Positions 10,445 through 19,783 of a DNA stretch of 64,000 nucleotides are shown piece by piece (position 1 is the first letter of the stretch; every line of letters starts with the position of its first letter). Source of the DNA: Candidatus Marinacidobacterales bacterium (GTDB taxonomy: Bacteria > Acidobacteriota > Vicinamibacteria > Marinacidobacterales > SMYC01); assembly GCA_965237955.1 (NCBI GenBank), contig OZ250169.1, positions 1,792,001 to 1,856,000 on the forward strand, in the 5' to 3' direction. The notes under the pieces are model-generated. The model saw only the letters and a program-made list of their open reading frames with translations, had not been told where the DNA came from and did not search any database. The position numbers and the translations under genes were made by a program.

Positions 10445-10649
10445 CGGGCGGGAGTAGCTTGCACCCGTACAGTGAAGTTAGAATCTTGATTCGCGGGGGC
10501 GAGGAGGTGAGCCCGGGATAACGGTTGACGTAGGGGTGGCCCCACAGCAAAGCGGCGCAAGGAAACGCGATCCTAAATCTTCTTATTCTCGTTTTTCCCG
10601 CTCTTGCTCCGGAGTCATCGAACTCTCCGTGAGCTGAACGTCCCGCCCG
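10445..10649 (+). ncRNA. Putative structured RNA (long rod-shaped hairpin, ~205 nt)
   Basis: Nested complementary segments: CGGGCGGGA/TCCCGCCCG, AGCTTGC/GTGAGCT, TGATTC/GAGTCA, GGGGCGAGGAG/CTCTTGCTCC, CGGGATAACG/CGTTTTTCCCG, TAGG/CCTA. G-U pairs favour the + strand. Confidence 0.45.
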
Positions 10650-10816
10650 TTAGTTACATCATCTTGAGCCCCGGCGCTCGGCGTCGTTCGGCCGATCTGC
10701 CGTCTATCGCGACAAAAGGAGGTTCCCCATGCAGGGTATTCTTTGGGTTTATAATTTCAGATTGACGAATAATTATTCTTCATGTGTTTTATTCCGTTAC
10801 ATTTAAGGAGAACATC

Positions 10817-10921
10817 TTGGATAACATACAAGAAGTTCAGGAAATCTTAGAACTTACCGTCGAAGAGCTCGAAGAGCGCACGGCGCCCGGCTTGGTTGTT
10901 GTTTGGATTCCATATCCATAG
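10817..10921 (+). CDS. 34-aa putative precursor/signal peptide MDNIQEVQEILELTVEELEERTAPGLVVVWIPYP
   Basis: AAGGAG RBS at 10805-10810, TTG start and TAG stop. Acidic leader with ELxxEELEERxAP, hydrophobic core, downstream hairpin. Confidence 0.7.
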   Translation: MDNIQEVQEILELTVEELEERTAPGLVVVWIPYP

Positions 10922-10957
10922 GGACATAACAAGATTCCCCGCCTAGATGTTGATTCG

Positions 10958-10981
10958 GGAGGCCGCTCGGGGGCGGTCTCC
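10958..10981 (+). terminator. Stem-loop downstream of the peptide gene
   Basis: GGAGGCCGCT-CGGG-GGCGGTCTCC hairpin with no clear U-tract. Confidence 0.5.
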
Positions 10982-11180
10982 TAAACTTCCTCCCTCGGTT
11001 TTGCTTTCCGTTTGACCCGATCCCAATACCTGTGGTAGTTTGCTTGACCTTGGGTTTTTAGATTTTCAATTGCATGGCTCCGAATAAGGGTTGGGCGCTT
11101 TTTCTACCGGCACTTTTTTCGGTTATTAATAATTTCGCTAACCCGCAGGTGCCGCCTGCAAACGTGATCCGGAGTCGCAC

Positions 11181-13681
11181 TTGGCTTGGCGTAAAGGGCC
11201 CATCGGTGTCCGCTTCTTCTCCTACACGATAGCCGGTCTGGGAGCTCTGACTCTCGGATGGGCGGCCCTGTCCGTCGGCGATTTCGTGGAAAGCCTCCCG
11301 CTCTCCGAAGGGGTCGCGTTTCTGAGCGTCGTCGCCGTCGCGTGCGTGAGCGCGCGCTGGGTCGTGCGGGTGCCACGCACGGACAACTACATGGCGGTGG
11401 CGGATTCCCTGATGCTTGCCGTGACGATGATCTACGGCGTGGTGGCGGGGGTCCTCGCGAACGGTCTCTTCTATCTCGTCAGCTATTGGTGCGTCACTCG
11501 GTCGTCGCCGCTTAGCCCCCGCCGCGACTACGCGTAGAACAATCTACAGGCGGCGTTCAACATCGGGGCGGGGGCGCTCTACGCGCTCGCGTTCGGAGTG
11601 GTCTTCTTCGCTGCGCTCCCGGAGGGTCCCATAGGCGCTCGGCAGCTGGTTATCCCCGTTGTGTTGATGGCGGGGACGTACTTCCTCGTGAACTCCGTGC
11701 TCACGGACGCCGTCCAGGCGTTAGCCGGCCGCGACGCCTTCCGGCAGCTGTGGCTCCAGAACCTCCCGCTGGTGCCGCTCTACTTTCTCGCGTCTGCCGG
11801 CGGCGCCGCCATCGTTCACCTCTTTCATGCCTTCGCAGGCCCGTGGTCATTCGTCCTGGCGTTGCCCATCCTCGTCGTCGCGTACTACGCGCATCTCTTC
11901 TACAACGAGAAGTACGAAGAGCTGTCGCGGCTCCACAAGCAAACGCTCGAAGCGTTCGCGTTTTGTATCGACGCGATGGAGCTGCACACGGACTTCAAGC
12001 ACCACACCCACACGCACATCCAACGCACCCAAGTGCTGGCGCTCTCTCTCGCGCGAGCAGTCAACGTGGACGAGACCACGTACGAGGGGCTGAGCTACGC
12101 GTCGGTCTTGCACGACGTCGGGAAGATCTCCATCCCCTCGTACATTCTTCACAAACCGACGCGGTTGACCGAGAGAGAGTTTCAGAAGATGAGCACCCAC
12201 CCTGCGGTGGGCGCACAGATAATTTCTTCGATCGATTTTCCGTTTCCCGTCGTGGAGATCGTCAGACACCACCACGAGAACTGGGACGGCTCGGGTTATC
12301 CAGATGGGCTCAAGGGAAACTCGATCCCGTTGGGCTCGCGGGTTCTCGCGCTGGCGGATTGCTACGAAGCATTGACCGCACGGCGCGTCTACCGCCGCTC
12401 GTTGTCGCGCGATGCCGCGCTCACGATCATGAAGCGCGAGAAGAACAAGTTCGATCCGGAAATCTTCAAAAAGTTTCTCGAGGTGATCCCCCAGCTTGAG
12501 CAAGAGCTGAAATCCATCGAAGTGCGCTCGCTCGAGGACCCGAGAGAGCATCGCGACCAAAAGAGAGCGCCCGACATCGTAGGAACACCGAAGGCGATGA
12601 CGTTGAGAAGCTCGATCTCGGAACCACAACAAGAGATCTTCACGCTGTTCGAGATTCTGCAGAACATCGGCAACTCGCTCTCGAGCACCGATACCCTCAC
12701 GATTCTCGCGTCCAAGCTCGAGAAGATCGTTCCGTTCACGACGCTCGTCATCTACCTTGCCGAGGAGGGGACCGAAGAGCTCAAGCCCGCCCACATTGCC
12801 GGTGAGCACAAGGAGGCGTTCGCCGAGCTTTCGATCGAGATTGGTACCCGCCTCGCCGGCTGGGTGGCGGCGAACAACCGCTTCCTCTACAACGTGCATC
12901 CGGGGCCCGACACCATGGCGCTGCCGGAGGAGATCAAGAGCCTTTATGGCAACTCGCTCCTGGCGCCGCTTGTGCACGAAGACCGACCGCTCGGCACCAT
13001 CGCGCTCTACGTGACCGGGGACGAACGCTATTCCGACGACCACATTCGCTTGATGGAGATCGTTTCTAACCGCGCGTCGATCGCGCTCTTCAACGCGACC
13101 CGATTCGAGGAGACCCAAGAAGACGCTTTTACCGATCGATTGACCGGGCTTCCGAACTCGAGGTTCCTTTACATTTTCTTCGAGCAGACGCTATCCGAGG
13201 CCAAGCGCTACGGCGAGCCGCTCACCGTGATCGAGCTCGATCTCGACGACTTCAAAGCGGTCAACGATCGGCACGGGCATCACACTGGCGATCGATTCCT
13301 CAAGGAAGTCGGCCGCATCCTCAAAGGTCACATGCGCGACGCCGACGTGCTGGTACGCTACGCTGGCGACGAGTTCATCGCGATCTTGCCGAAGACGACC
13401 TACGAGCAGGCGCGCAATTCTCCTACCGGCTTCAGGAAGCGGTCGAAGAGACCGAGCTCGATGTCGGTATCGGTTCGATGCTCAAAGTCGGCATCTCGCT
13501 CGGGCTCGCTTCTTACCCTGCCGCCGGACAGGACTTGGAATCGCTTCTCATGGCCGCGGACAAGGCCATGTACGAGGACAAAGCTCGTCGGAAGGGCCGA
13601 AAGCGCGGCAGCTCCAAATCGGACAGCTACCAGCCAAGCCTATTCGAATCGGAAGAGCTACATAGTCAGCGTCCGAATTAG
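11181..13681 (+). CDS. Membrane sensor with HD-GYP, GAF and GGDEF domains (c-di-GMP turnover); interrupted as assembled
   Basis: ORFs 11181-11537 and 11598 onward share one frame, separated by a single TAG (11535-11537). Motifs HDVGKI, HHENWDGSGYP, a GAF domain, DLDDFK and RYAGDEF. The GGDEF tail (SLGLASYP...AADKAMY) continues in another frame after ~13412. Confidence 0.88.
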
Positions 13682-13871
13682 ACCGGCATACGGCATACGG
13701 CAGAATGCGCAGTATCGCCTCACGGCAGCGCCTTCGATGAGCACGCCTTGCGGCCGCGATGAATAGGGATGGCCACAGATCAACCTACCGGCAAAACGGT
13801 GCTCGATGTGTGACACTGCCATTTACCGGCAGAGCGAGAATAGACCGGAATGCCGGATGCCGAATACCGTC
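13681..13871. repeat. Heptamer (GGCATAC/GGCATCC) inverted-repeat intergenic element
   Basis: CCGGCATACGGCATACGGCA ... TGCCGGATGCCGAATACCG between convergent genes; a related half-element is at 3440-3460. Confidence 0.6.
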
Positions 13872-14490
13872 AGCCTGCTGAACTGGGCTTTTTCAGCGGC
13901 TCAACAATCTCGTCGCGTTTTTGATCTTCTTCCACTTCCGGCTTGAAGCATCGGCGGCAGCGCGCTTCATAAGCGCCGGTGCCGCCGACGACCACCCGAT
14001 CCTGGGACGCGACGAGACGCTGCGTCTGATTCGCCGGGCTCCCGCAGCGCATGCAGATCGCGAGCGTCTTGGTGATGTACTCGGCGACCGCCAGCAATTG
14101 CGGCATCGGCTCGAACGGTTTTCCGAGGAAGTCCGTGTCGAGTCCGGCGACGATGACGCGCTTTCCGGCGTTGGCGAGTTGGTTGCAGACGTCGACGAGC
14201 GTCGTATCGAAGAACTGGCCTTCGTCGATGCCTGTTACTTCGGTGCGGTGGTTCAACTTCTCCAGGATCTGGCTCGCGTGTTCAACGAGCTCCGCGTCGA
14301 TCCGCATGTCGCTGTGCGAGACGATGTGCTCGCGGCTGTAACGTCCGTCGATGATCGGCTTGAAAATCTGAACGCGCTGGCGCGCGATCTGTGTGCGCCG
14401 CAACCGGCGGATGAGCTCCTCGCTCTTGCCGCTGAACATACTTCCGGTGATGACTTCGATCCATCCGGGATGGGAATGAAAAACATCCAT
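13870..14490 (-). CDS. tdk: Thymidine kinase
   Basis: [24 protein letters not shown] and YEARCRRC motifs. Confidence 0.96.
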   Translation of the reverse strand: MDVFHSHPGWIEVITGSMFSGKSEELIRRLRRTQIARQRVQIFKPIIDGRYSREHIVSHSDMRIDAELVEHASQILEKLNHRTEVTGIDEGQFFDTTLVDVCNQLANAGKRVIVAGLDTDFLGKPFEPMPQLLAVAEYITKTLAICMRCGSPANQTQRLVASQDRVVVGGTGAYEARCRRCFKPEVEEDQKRDEIVEPLKKPSSAG

Positions 14491-14500
14491 AACTGTCCAG

Positions 14501-15094
14501 CTATATTAGCGAATACGCACCTGCATTATAGAACGGCGCGAGCGCGTGCAACATGGAGCGCGCAAATGCTTCCTCGCGCGTGACAACACCGCCCGTGAGA
14601 ACGCCGAACGTGCCCTCGTGACCGGCGACGTCGCGCCGCTCGAAGTAGTGGTCGGCGGCAGGACCTAGATCTTCCCCTCGTTCGAGCACGGCGGCGGCGA
14701 GCTCGTCGGGGAGCGGGATCCGACCGCTGCCCCCGAAAAAGCCGTGCTCGCCGTCCGTCGCGAATGCCCAGGATTCCAGGAACACGGTGCGGCCTTCGGT
14801 GGCAACACCACCTTCGAGACCGATGCTCAGCGAGGGCGTGAGCCCGTCGTCTCGTACCGCGACGAGCGCGGCGTGCGCGCGATTTTTCGCGCCGAGCATC
14901 GTCGCTTCCGTCGCCGTCGGGGTGGACGGCGCTCCCGAAGGCACTTGCCGCGGCTCGACTCTGAGCTCACCCGGTAGAAAATCGGGAAAGCGCGCACGCA
15001 ACTCCGCCAGAACGCGCTCGACGGCCTGAACCTTGGGACGCCTGGTCGTCCCGACAGAGACGATTGAGGCCGGCGCAGGGTCAAGTCTCTTCAA
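14501..15094 (-). CDS. yjjX: Non-canonical purine NTP phosphatase (YjjX/DUF84)
   Basis: PKVQAV, GAKNRA, GLEGG, GEDLG and GVLT motifs. Confidence 0.85.
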   Translation of the reverse strand: MKRLDPAPASIVSVGTTRRPKVQAVERVLAELRARFPDFLPGELRVEPRQVPSGAPSTPTATEATMLGAKNRAHAALVAVRDDGLTPSLSIGLEGGVATEGRTVFLESWAFATDGEHGFFGGSGRIPLPDELAAAVLERGEDLGPAADHYFERRDVAGHEGTFGVLTGGVVTREEAFARSMLHALAPFYNAGAYSLI

Positions 15095-16085
15095 TTACGA
15101 GCTCCAATCCTCGGGGCGCCAGGTGGTACTCCAACACCGAGCCGCCTGCCTCGACGACGGCATCCGCGACCTTTTTCCGCTTGCCCCCCGGGACCGCGAG
15201 GATCATGCACCCACCACCACCGGCACCGCACACTTTCGCTGCGGTGGCCCCGCCTTCGTGAGCTGCGGCAATGAGCTCTTCCAGCTCCGGGCTCGAGACC
15301 GCGGGTGCCATCTCGCGCCGCGCCTGCCAGTCCTCGCCGATGAGCTTCGCGACGCGATTCAAATCGGAGGCGACGAGGGCGTCGCGCACCGCGACTGCAG
15401 TACGACCACTGCGCTCGACCGCTGCGACCGTCTTTGCGTCGTCCTCGATGAAGCGTTTGACCACTTCCCAGTTCGTGGCGCCCGAGCGATGCGGTTGATG
15501 GGAATACGCCAGGAGGAAACGTTCACGAAAGGCTTCCGCGTCGACGGGCAGAGCTTCGCGACGATGGCCGAGCTTCTGCTACCACAGGCATGCCGCTCCG
15601 CCGAATACCGGAGGGTAATGATCCTGGGCGCCGGTCATGGTGCGAAGGAGCTCGACTTCGACGTCCTTGACGATGTCGATCAGCTCGTGCGATCGGTAAC
15701 GAAATCCAGTCAGCCCGTTCAACGCCCCGGCAATCGAGATCCCGAGTGACGACGATGCGCCGAGGCCGGCCTGGGGCGGCGCTTCCGAATGGATCGTAAG
15801 CGTGAGCGGGCGCTCGGGTGCGAAAAACGCGAGGAGCCGTCCCGCGATTTCTGAGCCCTCCATGTGGGCGAGCTCGTCGGGCGAGGCCGCCGAGACGCTA
15901 CGGCCCGACCGACGCTCACGAACGTGCCAGGCATCGTCGGGAGAGAGGTCGATGGCCGCTTCCGTGTAGAGATCGATCGCGATATTGACCGTCGCCGCCT
16001 CGTCGATGAGGAGGTACAGCGGCCACAGATCGACGGTGCCTCCCGCGAGATCGATCCGCGTCGGGGCGTGGGCCCGAAGGGTCAT
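15081..16085 (-). CDS. GHMP-family sugar kinase (HddA-like) with an in-frame TAG
   Basis: APTRIDLAGG, AGLGASSS, GAQD and KVCGAGGGG motifs. The two ORFs share a frame and are split by TAG at 15579-15581. Confidence 0.88.
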
Positions 16086-16088
16086 CGC

Positions 16089-16625
16089 CTACCAGACGAA
16101 CCCGGCGTAGAGGGAGTAGGTCGTGTTCGACCCAAACTGGTTGACCGTCGCTGCGTCGGAGCTGAACGATCGCTGTAGCTGTAGCTCGACGCTCAGGCGG
16201 CCGAGCTCGACGCCGCCCACCAAATGGAATCCGAAATCGCTCTTCCAATCGTTTCCGCCGGACAAGAGGATGAACGTGCTGATCAGGCCGAGGCCACCGC
16301 CGCCGTAAGGGCGCACCCCTATGTTGCCCGACTTGTACTTCACGTTGACGAAGCCGTTGGCCGGGAACAGAGTCGCGGTTCGGGGTGTGTCGGCGACGTC
16401 CTGGCGGAAGACCGACGTCTGGAGCTCGAAGCCCAGGTAGATGGTCTCCTCGAAGTTCACCGGGTAGTCGGATCCGAAACCGATGCGCCAGCGCCCTTCG
16501 AACCCGATGTCGCGCGGGGAGACGATGACGCCGCCTCTGAGAAACGCGTCACCCGCACCAGCGGGCGTCGACCACAATGCCAGAAACACGACCGCGACAG
16601 CGGCGCTGCTTATCCGTTGACTCAT
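16089..16625 (-). CDS. Outer-membrane beta-barrel protein
   Basis: Signal peptide, PYGGGGLG motif, alternating beta pattern, C-terminal aromatic residues (GFVW). Confidence 0.8.
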   Translation of the reverse strand: MSQRISSAAVAVVFLALWSTPAGAGDAFLRGGVIVSPRDIGFEGRWRIGFGSDYPVNFEETIYLGFELQTSVFRQDVADTPRTATLFPANGFVNVKYKSGNIGVRPYGGGGLGLISTFILLSGGNDWKSDFGFHLVGGVELGRLSVELQLQRSFSSDAATVNQFGSNTTYSLYAGFVW

Positions 16626-16699
16626 GTGTTCCGGATTATATCGAAGCCTCGCGTGGACCTTCAACGGATGAGGTTTCATCGCGGTGCTATCCTCTTTGG

Positions 16700-17263
16700 G
16701 TGAGCAAGCTCGTCGAACAGGTGCGGCGCCGATTGGCGGCGCGGGTCCCACGGCGAGGTCCGAGCGGCCTTCGCGCCGCGGCGGTGCTGGTGCCGATCGT
16801 GGTGAACCCGGAGCCTCGAGGCGAGAGACTGCTCCTGACCCGACGCTCGCAATCCTTGCGGCGCCAGCCGGGAGATATCGCGTTTCCTGGCGGAGCGGTG
16901 GATCCCGAGGACCCGTCTCCGCTCGCGACCGCTTTGCGAGAAACCCACGAAGAAGTCGGCCTCTCGTCGGACGACGTCACCGTTCTCGGTCAGATGGACG
17001 AGAGGGGAACGGTGACCGGGTTTTGCATCACGCCCTTCGTCGCCTCAGTGGCTGGTCCTTATCCGTTTCGAACGAACCACGAGGTCGATGCGCTTCTCGA
17101 AGTGCCCATCGGGGCGTTGACGGCTCCCGACGTTCTCGAAGTCGAGAAGCGCCGCTTACCGGATGGATCGTTTGTAGCCGTATACCATTATTACTTCGAG
17201 GGGCACGATATCTGGGGAATCACGGGTCAGTTGATCAAGGAATTCTTGGAGTTGATTGAGTAG
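16700..17263 (+). CDS. Nudix CoA pyrophosphatase (NudL-like)
   Basis: AAVLVP, LLTRRS, FPGG..D...ALRETHEEVGL and IWGITG motifs. Confidence 0.92.
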   Translation: MSKLVEQVRRRLAARVPRRGPSGLRAAAVLVPIVVNPEPRGERLLLTRRSQSLRRQPGDIAFPGGAVDPEDPSPLATALRETHEEVGLSSDDVTVLGQMDERGTVTGFCITPFVASVAGPYPFRTNHEVDALLEVPIGALTAPDVLEVEKRRLPDGSFVAVYHYYFEGHDIWGITGQLIKEFLELIE

Positions 17264-17264
17264 C

Positions 17265-17417
17265 CAGCATCCAGCATTCAGCATCCAGCATTCGGTTCAC
17301 ATCACGGCCTGCCGGTAAGTGCCGTTGTCGCTCCTCGACCACCGTCGTGCCACAAACCAAAACGTCTGCTACAGGCACGTCGTCGAAATGAACTGAATGC
17401 TGAATGCTGGATGCTGA
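17265..17417. repeat. MITE/REPIN-like element with (AGCATYC)n heptamer arms, copy 1
   Basis: Inverted heptamer arrays around a ~95-bp core homologous to copies 2 and 3. Confidence 0.8.
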
Positions 17418-18377
17418 TCATCGACGAGGAAACCTGCATTCCTGCGGATCCTTCTGTACGAAGCCAATGAACACCGGGTGGCGTAATCGGTGGTCCATGG
17501 TCAGCTCCGCGTACTCCACTCTCACGACGAGGGCTGGTTTCAGCCAGTCGATCTCGCCCGGGGCGTCCGCTGCGAAATTCGAAGGCCGCTCGGCTTTCAA
17601 CGGTCCCAGCTCCGTGCCGAGCTCGGCGACGGTCTTCTGATCGAGCCCGCTACCGACGTTTCCGAGCCACACGAGCGCGTCGTTCTCGTACACGCCCAAC
17701 ACCAACGATTTTACGCGACGGGTGCGGTGCTCGCGCACGATCCCGACTAGGACCCCGTCGGTGCGCCGCCTTACCTTGAGCTTCAACCAATCGTTCGAGC
17801 GCTCGCCGCACAGGTAGCGGCTTTCTAAAACCTTCGCCACCACACCCTCGAGCCCGCGCTCGTCGGCTTCCTTGAATAGCGCCTTGCCTTGGCTCAACAC
17901 GTAGGTGCTCTCGACGATCGGAGAGGGTGGTTCTTTCAAGAGATCGGACAAGAGCCGCTTGCGCTCTTCGAGCGGGCGATCGAACAACGGCTCACCGTCG
18001 CGAAACAGAAGATCGAAAGCAACATAAATGACCGGGTGTTGCCGCGCTTTGAGAAGAGCCGCATCTCGTGAAGCCGTCTGCTCACGGGTCAAGACCCGTT
18101 GGAAGTTGGGTCGACCATCGTCGTCGAGGACGATGACTTCACCGTCGAGGATGCCCTCTCCGGGCAGTTTCTCCAGCGTCGCCACGACCTCGGGATAGCG
18201 CGCGGTCGCATCCGTGAGCTTTCGCCCCTGAAGTCGAGCGACGCCGTTGCCGAAAAAAGCGAGGACGCGAATGCCGTCCCACTTGATCTCGAAGAGGTGC
18301 TTGTCGGAATCGAAAGGAGACCCCGTCCTCGCCAGCATGGGCGCAATTTTTTTGTTCAACCAGTGGTTGTGTTGCAT
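17418..18377 (-). CDS. ligD: NHEJ ATP-dependent DNA ligase (LigD ligase domain only)
   Basis: EIKWDG, LDGEV, VAFDLL, EGVVAK, WLKLK and LRHPVF motifs; adjacent to Ku. Confidence 0.9.
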   Translation of the reverse strand: MQHNHWLNKKIAPMLARTGSPFDSDKHLFEIKWDGIRVLAFFGNGVARLQGRKLTDATARYPEVVATLEKLPGEGILDGEVIVLDDDGRPNFQRVLTREQTASRDAALLKARQHPVIYVAFDLLFRDGEPLFDRPLEERKRLLSDLLKEPPSPIVESTYVLSQGKALFKEADERGLEGVVAKVLESRYLCGERSNDWLKLKVRRRTDGVLVGIVREHRTRRVKSLVLGVYENDALVWLGNVGSGLDQKTVAELGTELGPLKAERPSNFAADAPGEIDWLKPALVVRVEYAELTMDHRLRHPVFIGFVQKDPQECRFPRR

Positions 18378-18382
18378 GGTGC

Positions 18383-18499
18383 GCCATCGGCCATCAGCCG
18401 TCAGCCATCGGCCCGACCACGGTGAGTCGCGCGTGCCGGCATGGGGCGATTGAAAGGACCAAGGAAACAGCTGACGGCTGATGGCCGATGGCTGAAGGC
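18383..18499. repeat. (GCCRTCR)n heptamer inverted-repeat element
   Basis: GCCATCGGCCATCAGCCGTCAGCC ... GCTGACGGCTGATGGCCGATGGC between ku and ligD. Confidence 0.75.
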
Positions 18500-18516
18500 G
18501 GATCCGTGCGCACGAT

Positions 18517-19335
18517 CTACTCGTTCGCAGCTTTCGCGCGCTCTTCGCCCGCTTCCCTTGGAGCCAGCTCACTCTTTTCCAGACTCGACTTGAGGGCATC
18601 CATCAGATTAATGACTTTGCCCGTTTCCACTTCCGGCGGCTCCACGATCTCTTTGCCCTCGGCCTTGGCTTTGACGATGTCGAGGAGAGCTTTTTTGTAG
18701 TTGTCCGCGAATTCCTCGGGATGGAAAGGCTTGGTGATCGACTCGATGAGCTCGCTCGCGAGCTTCAGCTCGTCGGGATTGACCTCGGGATTGGCGTCGA
18801 GCTCTTCGATTCCCGAAAGCGCGCGGACCTCATCCGCGAAGTAGAGAGCCGACATCACGAACACCTTCTCGCGTGGCCGGATGGCGACGACTTGCTCTTT
18901 ACCGTTCATGACGACGCGCGCGAGCCCGATGCGCTCTTTTTCCTCCGTCGCGTGCAGGATCGTCGCGAAGCTTTCGATCGCGACGGGTCCATCCGGGACC
19001 ACGTAGTGCGAGCCGTGGTAGTAGAGTGGATCGATCTCGCCCCGGTTGACGAACTGGACGATATTGATGGACTTCGTGCTTTCGAGGCGCACTTTGGTGA
19101 AGTCTTCCTCGTCCATGATGACGTACTGTTCTTTGGCGTATTCGTAGCCTTTGACGATCTCATCGCTCGAAACGCTGCGCTCGCACGTGGGGCAACGCTT
19201 GTCGTACTTGACGCGAGAGTTGCACTCTTTGTGAATCTGATTGAAGGATAGTGATTGGGATCGCGCTGCGGGGTACAGGCGAACGGGGATGTTCACGAGC
19301 GAAAGCTTGAGGAAACCCTTCCATGTCGGTCTCAT
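18517..19335 (-). CDS. ku: NHEJ DNA end-binding protein Ku
   Basis: MRPTWKG.L..SLVNIPV.LY, IVKGYEY and INLMDALK motifs. Confidence 0.96.
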   Translation of the reverse strand: MRPTWKGFLKLSLVNIPVRLYPAARSQSLSFNQIHKECNSRVKYDKRCPTCERSVSSDEIVKGYEYAKEQYVIMDEEDFTKVRLESTKSINIVQFVNRGEIDPLYYHGSHYVVPDGPVAIESFATILHATEEKERIGLARVVMNGKEQVVAIRPREKVFVMSALYFADEVRALSGIEELDANPEVNPDELKLASELIESITKPFHPEEFADNYKKALLDIVKAKAEGKEIVEPPEVETGKVINLMDALKSSLEKSELAPREAGEERAKAANE

Positions 19336-19442
19336 CGTGCGTCCCTCCGATCCGAAGTGTAGAAGGGCAGTCGACTGCGTGTCAACGCTTTGGTCAGGAG
19401 ATCCGATGCAAGACACGCTATGTCAATTTGGAGATAAGAAAA

Positions 19443-19699
19443 TGCAATAATTGCAGAATTCGGGTACCGTGCGTGGAAAAACCTGCGCGATCATTGTAAG
19501 TTGTTGATTGACTATAGGTTACTCTGCTCTCTCGAGGCGTCGATCGCCGCGTTGATGTGCCGATGAACCCGAGCTAAGATGGGCGTGTATGCAAAGAATG
19601 CAGTTTCCCGGTGAGCGCCGTTCGTTTCGCTGCGCTCATCCTGTAACTGATTGATTCCAAGTGCATTAAACGCGTCATGCATATGGCACGGCAATTGCT
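19443..19699 (+). promoter_or_regulatory. sigma54 promoter with IHF sites and enhancer-like palindromes
   Basis: TGGCAC-GGCAA-TTGCT at 19684-19699. WATCAA-N4-TTR matches on the minus strand at 19497-19509 and 19644-19656. TGCA-N5-TGCA at 19443 and 19590. Confidence 0.8.
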
Positions 19700-19783
19700 A
19701 GGTTTAACGTTCCGGTAGAAAGGACACGGACGAAACATGTTCTCATGGCAACGCAACTTCGGGCGCGTCTCGGCTGAACCGGA

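Noticed and set aside
10445-10649. SRP RNA or c-di-GMP riboswitch identity for the structured region
   Set aside because: I could not find the SRP domain IV CAGG-CC-GRAA-GG-AGCA motif or the GEMM GCAAA/GAAA consensus.
11847-13118. Long antisense and alternate-frame ORFs (e.g. 423 aa here; also 26816-27859, 30136-31128, 55846-56886)
   Set aside because: These are shadow ORFs expected opposite real genes in high-GC DNA and carry no recognisable motifs.
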